From: an uncultured Bacteroidales bacterium
GTDB taxonomy: Bacteria > Bacteroidota > Bacteroidia > Bacteroidales > VadinHA17
Direction of reading: 5' to 3'
Assembly: GCA_963843635.1 (NCBI GenBank)
Contig: CAWJLF010000012.1
Span: forward strand, 143,259 to 207,258
Length of the DNA: 64,000 nucleotides
In this document: one piece after another, positions 1 to 11,561 of the stretch
How positions within the stretch are numbered: the first letter of the stretch is position 1
Layout of the letters: every line of letters starts with the position of its first letter
Notes under the pieces: generated by a model
Databases searched by the model: none
What the model was told of the DNA's origin: nothing
The model's input: the letters and a program-made list of their open reading frames with translations, nothing else
Made by a program: the position numbers and the translations under genes

Positions 1-1
1 C

Positions 2-512
2 GCAAATACCGGCGGATTGAACGGAAGAGCAGTCAGGGCTGGAGATGAACTGTTACTCGGGGAATGCAGGATGGGTAAAAGGCGAATTAGCGTCGAAGGA
101 GAAACTGCTTCCCTGGAATAATTTTAACAGGGTAATAAGATATGTCCACAGGGGACCTGAGGCGGACCATTTTGAGGATACTGTATTAGATGTCTTATTC
201 AGGTTTCATATCGTGTATCTGAATACAGCGACAGAATGGGTTACGGCTCTCGGCAAGCCCTTGAGCATAAAGAACAGGGCAGGTATAATCTCTGCCGGGG
301 TAACAGCGGTACTGTCCAGGTTCCCGGTGACGGGCTGCCGCTTATTCTAATGGCTGACCGTCAGACAAGTGGCGGTTATTCCCGGATAGCAAATGTAATC
401 AGTGCTGATCTTCCGCATGGTGGCACAGCTGATGCCTGGTGACACTGTACATTTTAATGAGGTAGCACTGGGGAATCGCAAAGTTTATATTCAGAGACGG
501 AGAATTTATTAA
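2..512 (+). pseudogene. 5-oxoprolinase subunit C / allophanate hydrolase subunit 2 (PxpC/KipA-like) C-terminal remnant, multiply frameshifted, 5' end outside window
   Basis: Family-typical strings are spread over all three + frames. ANTGGLNGRAVRAGDELLL is in the frame of nt 2. IRYVHRGPEADHF and GKPLSIKNRAGIISAGV are in ORF 45..350. GTVQVPGDGLPLILMADRQTSGGYSRIANVISADLP is in ORF 236..442. MPGDTVHFNEVAL is in the third frame, with a stop at 510-512. At least 4-5 frame switches. Confidence 0.6.
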
Positions 513-552
513 GGAGCTAATAAGCGGGCAAATGGAAAGATAATCTTCCTCT

Positions 553-1008
553 TTATGATCCCAGCAGCTGTTTCACGAGAGTTGATATTTCTCTTCCATC
601 TGCTTTTCCGGCCAGCTCCTTTGTTGCCACACCCATAACCTTTCCCAATATCAGAAGGGGATGCTGGCGCCTACCCGGTTAATTATCGACTGAGAGCTCC
701 TTTAGCTCAGCCTCACTCATCCTTGCAGGGAGGTACTTCTCAAGTACATCAGCTTCAACAGACTTCCTTTTCATATAGGTCGGTACGGTTTTGTTCCTTG
801 TAGATGACAGCTGATTCCCTCCTCTGTTTTACGAGCTTCTGAATGATTTTCAGCTCTTCATCGCGCCGACAGTACAGAATCAGCACCTTTTTCTGACCGT
901 GCAAGGACAAAAGCGGTTTTGGCTGCCCTGATTGCGTCAAGGGCCACCTTGTCTTTGGCCTTCATAGCCGTGATAAGATCGCCTGCTATTTTTTCACTAA
1001 GTGACATT
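553..1008 (-). pseudogene. GatB/YqeY domain protein, multiply frameshifted
   Basis: Reverse-strand hand translation starts MSLSEKIAGDLITAMKAKDKVALDAIRAAK. It continues in other frames with DEELKIIQKLVKQRRESAVIYKEQNRTDLYEKE (ORF 755..940), EADVLEKYLPARMSEAELKEL and GKVMGVATKELAGKADGREISTLVKQLLGS. Total length of about 150 codons fits YqeY. Confidence 0.65.
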
Positions 1009-1327
1009 TCGGTAGATATTAGGATTTATTAAATGATTTGAAAAATGTGTTATAAAGATACTATTTAGATATCAAACATATAAATCTCCTGTATTATAAG
1101 TAACTGCACTTAACTCACCCTTCTCAACAAAATACAGGAGATCGGAGAGGTATCACAGCTGATCCACATTCATCTTAATAGTTCCGGTCAATGGATATTA
1201 CTGTGTGATTTGGTATGACATGGGATGTTAATTGTTGTTAAAAGCTTTTAAGTAACAGCGTAAAGTCCTACTTTTGAGCTTTTATGACATATTAATTTTG
1301 AATAAAAGACAGAGGACAAGGAAAAAA

Positions 1328-2659
1328 ATGAAGAGGACGATCATATTTACAGGAATTGGAATTGGATTAGCCTTTATTCTATTATTTGTTTTCAACAGGA
1401 TAGCTATCCAGGAGAAATTCCCCGGATACTTTTGCTACAGTTAAGAAGGGAGAGTTTGAGATATCATTGTCTGCCACAGGTGAGTTATGGCAGAAAATTC
1501 AATTGATATAAAGGGTCCGGATTTTTCCAACCGGAGGTTTGTAAGGTTAAGAAGCATTAAGATACAGGACCTCATTCCGGAAGGGACCAATGTGCAGAAG
1601 GGAGATTATATTGCCACACTTGACAGGACGGACCTTGATAACAGTATTAAAGATCAGGTTGACCAGTTGCAGACTCTCCAGACAAAATTGGAAATGAAGA
1701 AACTCGATACGGCCGTTGTCCAGAACACAATGCGGGATGATATTAGGAACCAGGAATATATTGTTTCAGAGGCTGCCATGACACTTCATAATTCGAAATA
1801 TGAGTCCGCACCTATTATCAGGCAGGCTGAGATATCACTTGATAAGGCAAAACGTACCCTTGAGCAAAAGAAAGAAGCTTCGAACTGAATCTTGCCCAGA
1901 ACAAGACTGATATCTCGAATCAGAAATTGTTGATTTCAAGATATGAAAGAAGGGTGGAGGATATCAGGGAAATACTGGCAGGGTTTATCATAACCGCCCC
2001 GGCTCAGGGTATGGTAATTTATAAACGCGAATGGAACGGTACCAAGAGAAAGATGGGTTCTTCCATAAATCCCTTTGACAGAAGAGTGGCAACACTTCCG
2101 GATCTTTCCTCTATGATCTCAAAGACCTTTGTAAATGAAATAGATGAAAGTAAAGTAATAGCCTGGCCAGAGAGTTTTAATAACCGTTGATGCATTTCCG
2201 AAAAAATCATTTACAGGAACGGTGTCCAGTGTGGCAAACGTGGGGGAAATACTTCCAAACACAAACGATAAAGTATTTGAGGTACAGATCAGGCTCAATG
2301 GTGATGATCCTTCGCTAAGACCTTCAATGACCACAGGTAATAAGATTATCATGAGTATTCTACCGGATGCATTGTATATCCCATCAGAATGTGTCCATGC
2401 CGGAGTTGACAGCATCCCATTTGTTTATACAAAGAAGCATAAGAAACAGATAGTAGTTCTTGGAAAGGCAAACGATAAGAATGTTGTTGTTGAGAAAGGA
2501 CTTTCTGCAGGTAGCAAAATATATCTTAATAATCCTTCGTCTGACCTGCAAAGATTCAAGCTTGCAGGTGAAGAATTTATTCCGGAGATCAGGCAGAAAG
2601 CAGAAGCCAGGCTGGCAAAGGCGGAAAAGAATATAACAAAAGCCAATCGCGGAAATTAA
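1328..2659 (+). pseudogene. HlyD-family efflux transporter periplasmic adaptor subunit, broken into at least 4 frame segments
   Basis: N-terminal TM segment MKRTIIFTGIGIGLAFILLFVF begins at 1328. ATVKKGEFEISLSATGEL is in another frame, followed by ORFs 1487..1888, 1927..2190 and 2222..2659. The adaptor hallmarks are ITAPAQGMVIY and VNEIDESKV, then in a shifted frame PGQRVLITVDAFPKKSFTGTVSSVAN. Combined length is about 443 codons. Confidence 0.7.
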
Positions 2660-3504
2660 CCCGGCTCAACGTGTATTGTGACAGTCAGGTTTTCATAGTT
2701 CCGGGTGAGTTCATTTTCTATTGTATCACAATACCTGTGTGCATTACCTACTGATTCGTTTTCCGGTATCTCAACATGTATATCAATAAACCTGTAATTA
2801 CCGGCTAAACGGGTTCTCAGGTCATGATAATTCACTCCCATATCTTTCAGTGTTTTCTCGAGTTCCGTAACATCTTCTTCAGCCCATGCTGTGTCGAGAA
2901 GAGGGAAAAAGGCTTTGCGCAGCAGCTGATATGACTCAAAAATTATGAAGATGGCAACCAGGATAGCTATTACAGGGTCAAGCCATTCTATTCCTGTAAT
3001 CAATATAAGGCCAAGACCCAGGGAAACACCCAGTGATGTATATACATCGGTTTTAAGGTGAAGGGCATCTGCTTCAAGAGCCAGGGACTTGGTCGCACGG
3101 GCTACTTTGTATAATCTGGATGATACTATGGCATTAATCACAGCAGACACTAACATGACCAATGAACCAAGTAATATTGATTCGAGACCCGTACTCTCTC
3201 CAAGGAGTTTTTTCACGGCTTCGACAACAATCCATATTGCCGCTATAAATATCAGAAGTGCCTCTACCACTCCTGAAATATTTTCAAATTTACCATGTCC
3301 GTAAGGATGTCTTGAGTCGGGTGGGACATCTGAGATCTTAACCGCCAGAAATGCTATTACAGCGGCAATAAGGTCCATTGAAGAATGAATAGCCTCGGAT
3401 ATTATACTGACTGAACCGCTGATAATACCGACAACCAACTTCATAACGATGAGAAATGAATTGGAGATTATTGAAAGACGGGCTATGCTGACTTTAGCAT
3501 TCAT
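2656..3504 (-). CDS. cation diffusion facilitator (CDF) family divalent-metal efflux transporter
   Basis: 282 aa. N-terminal six-TM region with SEAIHSSMDLIAA and HPYGHGKFE motifs, plus a C-terminal cytoplasmic domain typical of CzcD/FieF-like CDF proteins. Confidence 0.85.
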   Translation of the reverse strand: MNAKVSIARLSIISNSFLIVMKLVVGIISGSVSIISEAIHSSMDLIAAVIAFLAVKISDVPPDSRHPYGHGKFENISGVVEALLIFIAAIWIVVEAVKKLLGESTGLESILLGSLVMLVSAVINAIVSSRLYKVARATKSLALEADALHLKTDVYTSLGVSLGLGLILITGIEWLDPVIAILVAIFIIFESYQLLRKAFFPLLDTAWAEEDVTELEKTLKDMGVNYHDLRTRLAGNYRFIDIHVEIPENESVGNAHRYCDTIENELTRNYENLTVTIHVEPG

Positions 3505-3593
3505 AGGTCCGGGTGTGTGATCCAGTGATATTCAAATTTAATCAGAAAATAATTAGAAGGTGCTACAATAATAGAAGAAATATCCACTGAATA

Positions 3594-4712
3594 CTAAATA
3601 GTTATCAATTCATATTCCATGGATCCCAACCCGATCTTCACAGCATGTTCCAATCCCGATTGCCAGAATGTATCCGGATGTGCTTTCCTGAATTTATCCT
3701 CTCCGTTCATGTCTCCGTGTGTATGATCTTCGCATATCCTGCTTCCAGGCAGAGCCGGTGCAGCTTTAACAAGGTCAGCACAGGCCATATCAAGAGCAAC
3801 GGGATCAAAAGATGCTGCAATACCGATGTCAGGAACAAGTGGATAATCATTGAATCCCCAGCAGTCGCAATCGGGTGATACATTCATAATGAAGTTAATA
3901 TGGAATGACGGTTTATCTTTTACCACAGCCAAAGTATACTCAGCGATCCTCCTGTTCACTGTTTCTGAGGAGTTCTGCCACACAACCCTTGCAGAATCAT
4001 ATTGACATACTGCAATACATTGGCCACAACCCACACATTTATCATAATCGATATGAGCAATTTTGTCGTCTCCGACACTGACAGCTTCATATGCGCAATA
4101 TCTCTCACAGATCTTGCATCCGGTGCAGTTTTCTTCAAATATTTCAGGAGATGCTCCGGAATGAAGGAACAGTTTTCCGCCAACTGAGGCACAACCCATG
4201 CCAATGTTCTTCAAAGCTCCACCAAATCCTGTAATCTCATGACCCTTGAAATGGTTGAGAGATATTAACACATCTGCATCTGCAACTGCACTCCCTATCT
4301 TTGCTGATTCGCAGTACTCCATATTCAGGTCTATCTCCCGGTATTCAGTACCCTTTATTCCATCAGCTATTATAACTGGGCAATCGACCGCCATCGGGTT
4401 AAAGCCATTTTCAAAAGCGGCTTCGATATGTGAAGGTGCATTTGAACGCCTTCCGTAATAAAGGGTGTTACAGTCGGTAAGAAAAGGGATTGCCTCCCTT
4501 GCTTTCAATAATTTAACTATACGGGCGGCATAGTTGGGTCTCAGGTAAGCAATGTTTCCCGGCTCACCGAAATGTATTTTAACAGCAGTTAACTTCTTAC
4601 GAAAATCTATCTCTTCAATACCTGCTTTTAATACCAGTGTATCAAGCTTTTTGTAAAGATTTTGTGATGGTTTTGACCTCAAGTTAGTAAAATATACTTT
4701 TGATACTGTCAT
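3594..4712 (-). CDS. DUF362 domain protein with 2x[4Fe-4S] ferredoxin insert
   Basis: The ORF runs 3594..4748. The preferred start is the internal Met (MTVSKVYFTNL). Motifs: KIHFGEPGN, CTGCKICERYC and CVGCGQCIAVC. Confidence 0.7.
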   Translation of the reverse strand: MTVSKVYFTNLRSKPSQNLYKKLDTLVLKAGIEEIDFRKKLTAVKIHFGEPGNIAYLRPNYAARIVKLLKAREAIPFLTDCNTLYYGRRSNAPSHIEAAFENGFNPMAVDCPVIIADGIKGTEYREIDLNMEYCESAKIGSAVADADVLISLNHFKGHEITGFGGALKNIGMGCASVGGKLFLHSGASPEIFEENCTGCKICERYCAYEAVSVGDDKIAHIDYDKCVGCGQCIAVCQYDSARVVWQNSSETVNRRIAEYTLAVVKDKPSFHINFIMNVSPDCDCWGFNDYPLVPDIGIAASFDPVALDMACADLVKAAPALPGSRICEDHTHGDMNGEDKFRKAHPDTFWQSGLEHAVKIGLGSMEYELITI

Positions 4713-4725
4713 TTTTGAAAGATTT

Positions 4726-5767
<1,042 letters not shown>

Positions 5768-5782
5768 TCAACTTTCCAATTG

Positions 5783-6658
5783 TCAGATATTTGAAACGAT
5801 ATCCCTGATATTTTCAATCAGCCATTTAGGGGTAGAAGTTGCTCCACAAATACCAACAGATTTTTTATTGATAAACCACTGCCTGTCGATTTCCTCGGGT
5901 GATGATACAAAGTGTGTATCGGGATTAACATGTTTACAGACTGAATAAAGCATTTTGCCATTGGAACTCTCTTTCCCGCTTACAAATATTATTGTATCAT
6001 GTTTTCTGGCAAAAACCTTCAGGTGGGGCTCCCTGTTAGATACCTGACCGCAAATAGTATTGTTGACAATAAGCTTCATGGCGGGATCAGCAATACCCTT
6101 TTCTGTCATTCTTGATCTGAGATTGTCGATCAGGGTACTATATTCCTTAATACTCATTGTTGTTTGTGAAAACAGATGGACAGGTCGGGTGACATCAATC
6201 CGGGAAAAATCGTCCGGACCGGAAACTACTATTCCCTCATTGTCTATCTGTCCCTGGAGTCCTGTAACCTCGGCATGTCCTGCTTTGCCGAAGATCACAA
6301 GCTGCCCGTTCCCTTCCTTGGTCTCCAGCCAGGCATTTTTTATCTTCGACTGTAACCTTCTTACAATAGGGCAGGTAGCTTCAATGATTGTAATATTATT
6401 TCTCTCAGCAATAGAATATGTCTCGGGGGGCTCTCCGTGCGCCCTTATTAGGACCTTGCAATTGCTCAGATCGGTGAATTTCTTATAGTCAATCGAAACA
6501 AGCCCCAGTGCTGATAATCGCTCCACCTCCTTATCGTTATGGACTATCGGTCCTAAAGAGAATACTTTTTCTCCATTAAGGAGGGCCTTTTCAGCTATCT
6601 CAACAGCATTCTGGACCCCAAAGCAAAAACCCGACTGCTCATCGATCTCAACTATCAT
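5783..6658 (-). CDS. ispH: 4-hydroxy-3-methylbut-2-enyl diphosphate reductase
   Basis: MIVEIDEQSGFCFGVQNAV start, plus IVHN, ATCP and SSNG-type motifs. About 291 aa counted from the internal Met. Confidence 0.9.
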   Translation of the reverse strand: MIVEIDEQSGFCFGVQNAVEIAEKALLNGEKVFSLGPIVHNDKEVERLSALGLVSIDYKKFTDLSNCKVLIRAHGEPPETYSIAERNNITIIEATCPIVRRLQSKIKNAWLETKEGNGQLVIFGKAGHAEVTGLQGQIDNEGIVVSGPDDFSRIDVTRPVHLFSQTTMSIKEYSTLIDNLRSRMTEKGIADPAMKLIVNNTICGQVSNREPHLKVFARKHDTIIFVSGKESSNGKMLYSVCKHVNPDTHFVSSPEEIDRQWFINKKSVGICGATSTPKWLIENIRDIVSNI

Positions 6659-7343
6659 TTTTCTTCTTCTCAATTATTTTGCTAATCCAAAGCATCTGCT
6701 CCTCAACTGTCATCCTGCTGTTATCGAGGATTAAGGCATCTTCAGCTCTCCTGAGAGGACTGATATCCCTGTTTTCATCAGCTATATCGCGTGCAATAAT
6801 GTTATTTTTTATTTCCTCGAAATCGACCTCAGTCCCTCTATGTCTGAGCTCGTCAAATCTTCTCCTTGCCCTGATATCAACAGAAGCAGTCATGAAAATT
6901 TTAAGGTCCGCGTGAGGGAACACTACTGTTCCAATATCCCTGCCATCCATTACAATTCCCCTGGATGCACCTATCTGTCTCTGTAACTCAACCATCCTCT
7001 CCCTGACCTCAGGTACCTGGCTCACCCTGCTTACATGCTTCGAAACCTCAATGCTCCTGATCTCATCTTCTACATTTTCTGAGTTAAGGAAAGTCTCATA
7101 TTCGGTCTTATCAGGATTATACACAAAGTCGATATGTATGTTCTCAAGCTCAGACAAAACAGCCGGAACATTAAGTAAATCCCCTTTAAAAAAAAGTCTT
7201 CTCATGCAATAGAGCGTTACTGCCCTGTACATTGCCCCACTGTCAATATAGAGATAATTAAGTTCTCTGGCAATGGATCGGGCGAAGGTACTTTTCCCAC
7301 ATGATGAATAACCGTCTATTGCTATTATTAGTTTCCTGTTCAT
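6648..7343 (-). CDS. cmk: (d)CMP kinase
   Basis: IIAIDGYSSCGKSTFARSIA P-loop, YIDSGAMYRA and MDGRDIGTVVFP motifs. Confidence 0.9.
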   Translation of the reverse strand: MNRKLIIAIDGYSSCGKSTFARSIARELNYLYIDSGAMYRAVTLYCMRRLFFKGDLLNVPAVLSELENIHIDFVYNPDKTEYETFLNSENVEDEIRSIEVSKHVSRVSQVPEVRERMVELQRQIGASRGIVMDGRDIGTVVFPHADLKIFMTASVDIRARRRFDELRHRGTEVDFEEIKNNIIARDIADENRDISPLRRAEDALILDNSRMTVEEQMLWISKIIEKKKNDS

Positions 7344-7363
7344 ACAAATTTTGCTGCTTATTT

Positions 7364-8397
7364 TCAGATGTGATTCTTTTTATAAATATTATTAAGCCGG
7401 AGTATAAGAGATACATTGGTAGAAGACCCGGCAAGATGATACGTGGCTCTTCCAAATTCAATATCCATTAATGATGTGTTGATCCCGAAGCCCCACGATA
7501 ATCCTACTGTTGAAGTCTTTGAATCTATGGAGAGCTCCCTTCTGCGCTGATAATTGTATCCGGCACTTAAATAGAAATTTTTTGAAGGGATCAGTTCAAC
7601 ACCGATTACTGCATGTCTCATCAGGTTCTCTGCAAATCCGGAAGATTCAGCTTTAGTAGTTCCTGATGAAGAGGGATCGGTATACTGGTAGGTAAGGTCA
7701 AACTTTTCCAGGTGTCTGAGAGTAAGAGAAAAACGGAAAGGAGCATGAGCCAGGGACTGTGACACACCTGCCTGTATTTCAAAGGGAAGATTCTCTCGTG
7801 GTTCACCGGCATAAGTTGTCACCTGGTAACCCAGGTTCCTGATCACCAGTCCTGCTGAAAAGAGCTGGCTGGTATTATGCCATGTCGCGCCAAGATCAAA
7901 GGCAAAACCGAATGAGGTGTATTTTTCAAGATGCGATAACACGGGTTTGAAATTGATCCCCACAGTGAACAGGGAATCAATAGTACGTGAGCATATCATC
8001 GAAAATGCATATTCAGCAGCTTTAAACTCACCTGTAATTATACCCGATTCATTCGCTTCAGTGAATGACCCATAGTTAAGATATGTAAGCCCAACTGCAA
8101 AACTGGCAATCCCGGGATATGACCTGGAGTACATGGCCAGACCGTAATTGATACCGGCAAAGTAATTGACATAATTAAGAGCAAGACTGTTATCCATTTT
8201 TGAATTAAGCAGGGCCGGGTTATGATAAGCGAGGTTCAGATCATTACCCTGAAGCGATACATTGTTCCCTCCAAGAGATGTTACAGTCCCGAATGTGTCA
8301 GATTAAGGAATTCGTAGACATTGTCTCCACCTGTCTGGGAAAAAACAGGAGATAATAGCATGCTCAATAACAGATAAGAAATGACCTTTTTCCTCAT
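7364..8397 (-). pseudogene. porQ: type IX secretion system PorQ-like outer-membrane protein with one frame disruption near 8294-8298
   Basis: Signal peptide MRKKVISYLLLSMLLSPVFSQTGGDNVYEFLNL starts at 8397. The body frame (ORF 7364..8197) extends upstream as TFGTVTSLGGNNVSLQGNDLNLAYHNPALLNSKMDNSLALNYVNYF. The shift sits at a tgtgt/acaca dinucleotide run. Confidence 0.65.
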
Positions 8398-8494
8398 AGC
8401 TAATAATCCCTGGCAAAGATAGTATGATTTATTTAATCCGTTGTCCGTTGAGTATCATAATAAGGGTAAAGGAGACACCTTCTGATGAAGAGCA

Positions 8495-9418
8495 TCAGGC
8501 GGTTTTACCTGTTAGGACAGTAGCCTCTTCTGAGAACTTCCTGGTTCCATTGATCTGCGACATGAAGAGACCGGCAATCACAACAGCCATGCCAACCATA
8601 TTCTGAATAGTAAGTTTGTCGCCAAGCAGAATAAAGGAAAAGAGTGCAGTGAAAACAGGTATGATATTGGAAAAGACATTTGCCCTTGTAATACCCATAT
8701 GCCTTACTGAATAGGCAAATAAAATGAAAGCGCCACAGGAAGCAAATACGGAAAGCTGAATTATGGGTTTGAACATGCTGAAAGTGAGGTGCATGGTTGA
8801 GAAATTCCGCAGATCGAGGATCAGGAACAGCGGAAGGAAGAGTACTGCACCGATTACATTCTGCACATTCACAATATAAACAGGACTATAGGTGCCAACA
8901 AGGCGACTCAGTGTCAGGTTATACCCGACTGCGGATATAACGGCAAGCATAAGAAATCCCAGTCCTCTGATATCAAATGAAATCGTGCCGTTCCGGTTCA
9001 GGATAAAGATGAGAACCCCGATAAAAGATAATATAACCCCTGCATAGTTTATCAACTTTAGTTTTTCCCGGAAAAACAGCCAGGCCCCAATTGTTGCAAA
9101 CACAGGAATTGTAGAAATGAAGACCGAACAGAGTGTGGCGGATACATATGTCAGACCGAAACTCTCTCCAATGAAATAAAAGAAAGGTTCAAACAGTGCC
9201 AGCATAACAAACAGTTTTCTGTCGTGTTTCTGGATCTTCATAAAATTCTTCGTAATTAAAAGATAGGCGGTCAGTAGCAGGGCGGAGAATGCAAGCCGTA
9301 TGAAGACTATTGTCAGTGGATATAGGTTCTCATTGGCAACCTTGAACCAGATGAATGAGAAGGACCAGAAGACCATGGCCATCAGTACAGCGACATATGA
9401 CTTGATTGTAATTCTCAA
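8495..9418 (-). CDS. DMT superfamily (EamA-like) transporter
   Basis: 307 aa, about 10 TM helices, two-fold EamA-like repeat organisation. Confidence 0.75.
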   Translation of the reverse strand: MRITIKSYVAVLMAMVFWSFSFIWFKVANENLYPLTIVFIRLAFSALLLTAYLLITKNFMKIQKHDRKLFVMLALFEPFFYFIGESFGLTYVSATLCSVFISTIPVFATIGAWLFFREKLKLINYAGVILSFIGVLIFILNRNGTISFDIRGLGFLMLAVISAVGYNLTLSRLVGTYSPVYIVNVQNVIGAVLFLPLFLILDLRNFSTMHLTFSMFKPIIQLSVFASCGAFILFAYSVRHMGITRANVFSNIIPVFTALFSFILLGDKLTIQNMVGMAVVIAGLFMSQINGTRKFSEEATVLTGKTA

Positions 9419-9642
9419 TTGTATTTATCCTGAAATTTATATTAAAGGCGTGCGAATTTAATTTTAATATTTCTAATTTTAATATTGTTAATTGAAAAAC
9501 CTTTAAAAACAAACACGGACCGGATGATTGTTTCGACCATATTTGCTGATTTGAACCAGATTGATCGCCATGGTCTTGATATATAATGAGATAATAGGAA
9601 TTTTGATTTCGAATATATGATAATATTGATGGTTTTTAGATT

Positions 9643-9655
9643 TGATTGTGAATCA
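9643..9655. promoter_or_regulatory. perfect palindrome TGATT-GTG-AATCA abutting the putative etf promoter
   Basis: tgattgtgaatca read directly. It lies 8 nt upstream of the TATATTTG box and within a 120-bp stretch holding five TTGAT words. Confidence 0.25.
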
Positions 9656-9662
9656 TAAATTA

Positions 9663-9670
9663 TTATATTT
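9663..9670 (+). promoter_or_regulatory. Bacteroidota-type -7 promoter box (TAnnTTTG) for etfB
   Basis: TATATTTG, 82 nt upstream of the etfB ATG in an AT-rich 330-bp intergenic region. Confidence 0.35.
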
Positions 9671-9751
9671 GCCGCCTCGAAGGTTTAAAATTTTGTTATT
9701 TATTCTATTAACCTGGTTAGTATAAGTTAATTAACTAATATCATAGATTAG

Positions 9752-10501
9752 ATGAAAATTCTGGTTTGTTTAAGTAATGTTCCCGATACCACTACTAAAA
9801 TCAAATTTGCCGAGGATAATACTTCAGTAGATACGAATGGAGTTCAGTGGGTCATAAACCCGTGGGACGAACTATCGCTGACCCGTGCTCTGGAATTAAA
9901 GGATGATGCAGGCAGTGGTATTAATTCAGTTACAGTTGTGCACGTTGGACCGGCTGCCTCTGAACCTACAATTCGGAAGGCTCTCGCTATTGGAGCCGAT
10001 GATGCTGTCAGGGTCAATTCTGAGTCATCGGATGCAATGTATGTTGCGGCTCAAATTGCGGAAGTTGTCAGAAAGGAGCAGTTTGATATTGTCATGTGTG
10101 GAATAGAATCTAGCGATTATAATGGTTCTGCCGTGGGCGGTATGGTGGCGGAATTCCTGGACATTCCATCTGTCTCAGCTGTTTCGGGTATTCAAATTGA
10201 AGGTGGCAAACCTGTTCTGACCCGTGAGATTGATGGGGGTAAAGAAGTTGTATCGGTTCCGGTGCCTTTCGTGGCGATTGTACAGAAAGGTATTGCAAAG
10301 GAGCCCAGGATAGCGGCTATGCGGGGGATAATGATGGCCAGGTCAAAGCCGGTGAAGCTTATTGAACCGGTTGCTGCAGAAATACTTACTGAAATAGTGG
10401 CCTACGAAAAACCTGCCCCACGTGCAGCTTGCAGGTTTATTGATGCTGAAAATGCAGAACAGCTGATCGATATTTTGCAGAACGAAGCGAAAGTAATCTG
10501 A
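9752..10501 (+). CDS. etfB: electron transfer flavoprotein beta subunit
   Basis: MKILVCLSNVPDTTTKIKF...NPWDELSLTRALELK is typical EtfB. It is followed directly by etfA. Confidence 0.9.
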   Translation: MKILVCLSNVPDTTTKIKFAEDNTSVDTNGVQWVINPWDELSLTRALELKDDAGSGINSVTVVHVGPAASEPTIRKALAIGADDAVRVNSESSDAMYVAAQIAEVVRKEQFDIVMCGIESSDYNGSAVGGMVAEFLDIPSVSAVSGIQIEGGKPVLTREIDGGKEVVSVPVPFVAIVQKGIAKEPRIAAMRGIMMARSKPVKLIEPVAAEILTEIVAYEKPAPRAACRFIDAENAEQLIDILQNEAKVI

Positions 10502-10533
10502 TAATTAGTACAAAAACAGTAAATTTAGAAGTT

Positions 10534-11499
10534 ATGTCAGTATTAGTATATACCGAGAACTGGGACGGAAAATTTAAAAAACTCTCATATGAACTTGTAT
10601 CATATGCTGCAGGTGTTGCCAAAATGGCCGGGACTACGGTAACTGTTGTCTCGATAGGAAAGACAGATAGTGAAGAGTTAAAGAAACTTGGTAACTATGG
10701 TGCTGCCAAAATCATAAGTATTGAAGGTGATCAGTTGGATGCTCTTGATAATCAGGCCTATACAAGCGTATTGTCTGAGGTGGCAAAAAAGGAAGATTCA
10801 TCTGTTATAATTATCTCCAACAATAACACTGGTAAGGCAGTTGCACCCCGGCTGGCAGTGAGGCTCAAAGCAGGAATCGGTTCAGGTGTGAGCAAACTTC
10901 CTCTTAGCCTGGAACCATTCACGGTTTATAAGAGAACTTTTTCGGGGAATGCTTTTGCTCATCTCGTAATAAAATCAGACATAAAAATATTAACCCTTTC
11001 CCAGAACTCATTTGAACTTGTTGAAACAGACAATAATGCTTCCATTGAGAATCAGAATTTTACAGTAGATGGATCATTACTGAATACCACTGTAAAGGAT
11101 GTGAAGAAACAGACAGGTAAGATATTGCTTACCGATGCAGATATTGTGGTATCCGGAGGAAGGGGTATGAAGTCACCTGACAACTGGGCTCCTATTGAAG
11201 AACTGGCTTCACTATTGGGTGGGGCCACAGCATGTTCGCGCCCTGTTTCCGATGAAGGATGGAGACCTCATGAAGAACATACAGGTCAGACTGGAAAGAT
11301 AATTGCTCCCAACCTTTATATTGCTGTAGGAATATCCGGTGCAACACAGCATCTTGCCGGGATAAGTTCGTCCAAGTATATTGTTGCTGTCAATACAGAC
11401 AAGGATGCGCCTATTTTTGAATCAGCACAATATGGGATTGTCGGTGATGCCATGAAGGTTCTTCCAAAACTTGTTGAAGCTGTTAAATCACGAAAATAA
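10534..11499 (+). CDS. etfA: electron transfer flavoprotein alpha subunit
   Basis: C-terminal FAD-binding signature VSGGRGMK...RPVSDEGW...QTGKIIAPNLYIAVGISGATQHLAG. Confidence 0.9.
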   Translation: MSVLVYTENWDGKFKKLSYELVSYAAGVAKMAGTTVTVVSIGKTDSEELKKLGNYGAAKIISIEGDQLDALDNQAYTSVLSEVAKKEDSSVIIISNNNTGKAVAPRLAVRLKAGIGSGVSKLPLSLEPFTVYKRTFSGNAFAHLVIKSDIKILTLSQNSFELVETDNNASIENQNFTVDGSLLNTTVKDVKKQTGKILLTDADIVVSGGRGMKSPDNWAPIEELASLLGGATACSRPVSDEGWRPHEEHTGQTGKIIAPNLYIAVGISGATQHLAGISSSKYIVAVNTDKDAPIFESAQYGIVGDAMKVLPKLVEAVKSRK

Positions 11500-11506
11500 C
11501 ACTGTA

Positions 11507-11534
11507 GCAGGGACGTTGCAGGCAACGTCCCTGC
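11507..11534. terminator. perfect 13-bp inverted repeat (GCAGGGACGTTGC-AG-GCAACGTCCCTGC) between etfA and the downstream Fe-S gene
   Basis: Read directly. GC-rich stem with no clear T tract after it (ataaaaac), so it may be an attenuator or processing hairpin rather than a strong terminator. Confidence 0.45.
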
Positions 11535-11561
11535 ATAAAAACAGAATTTAATCAGTCAATC

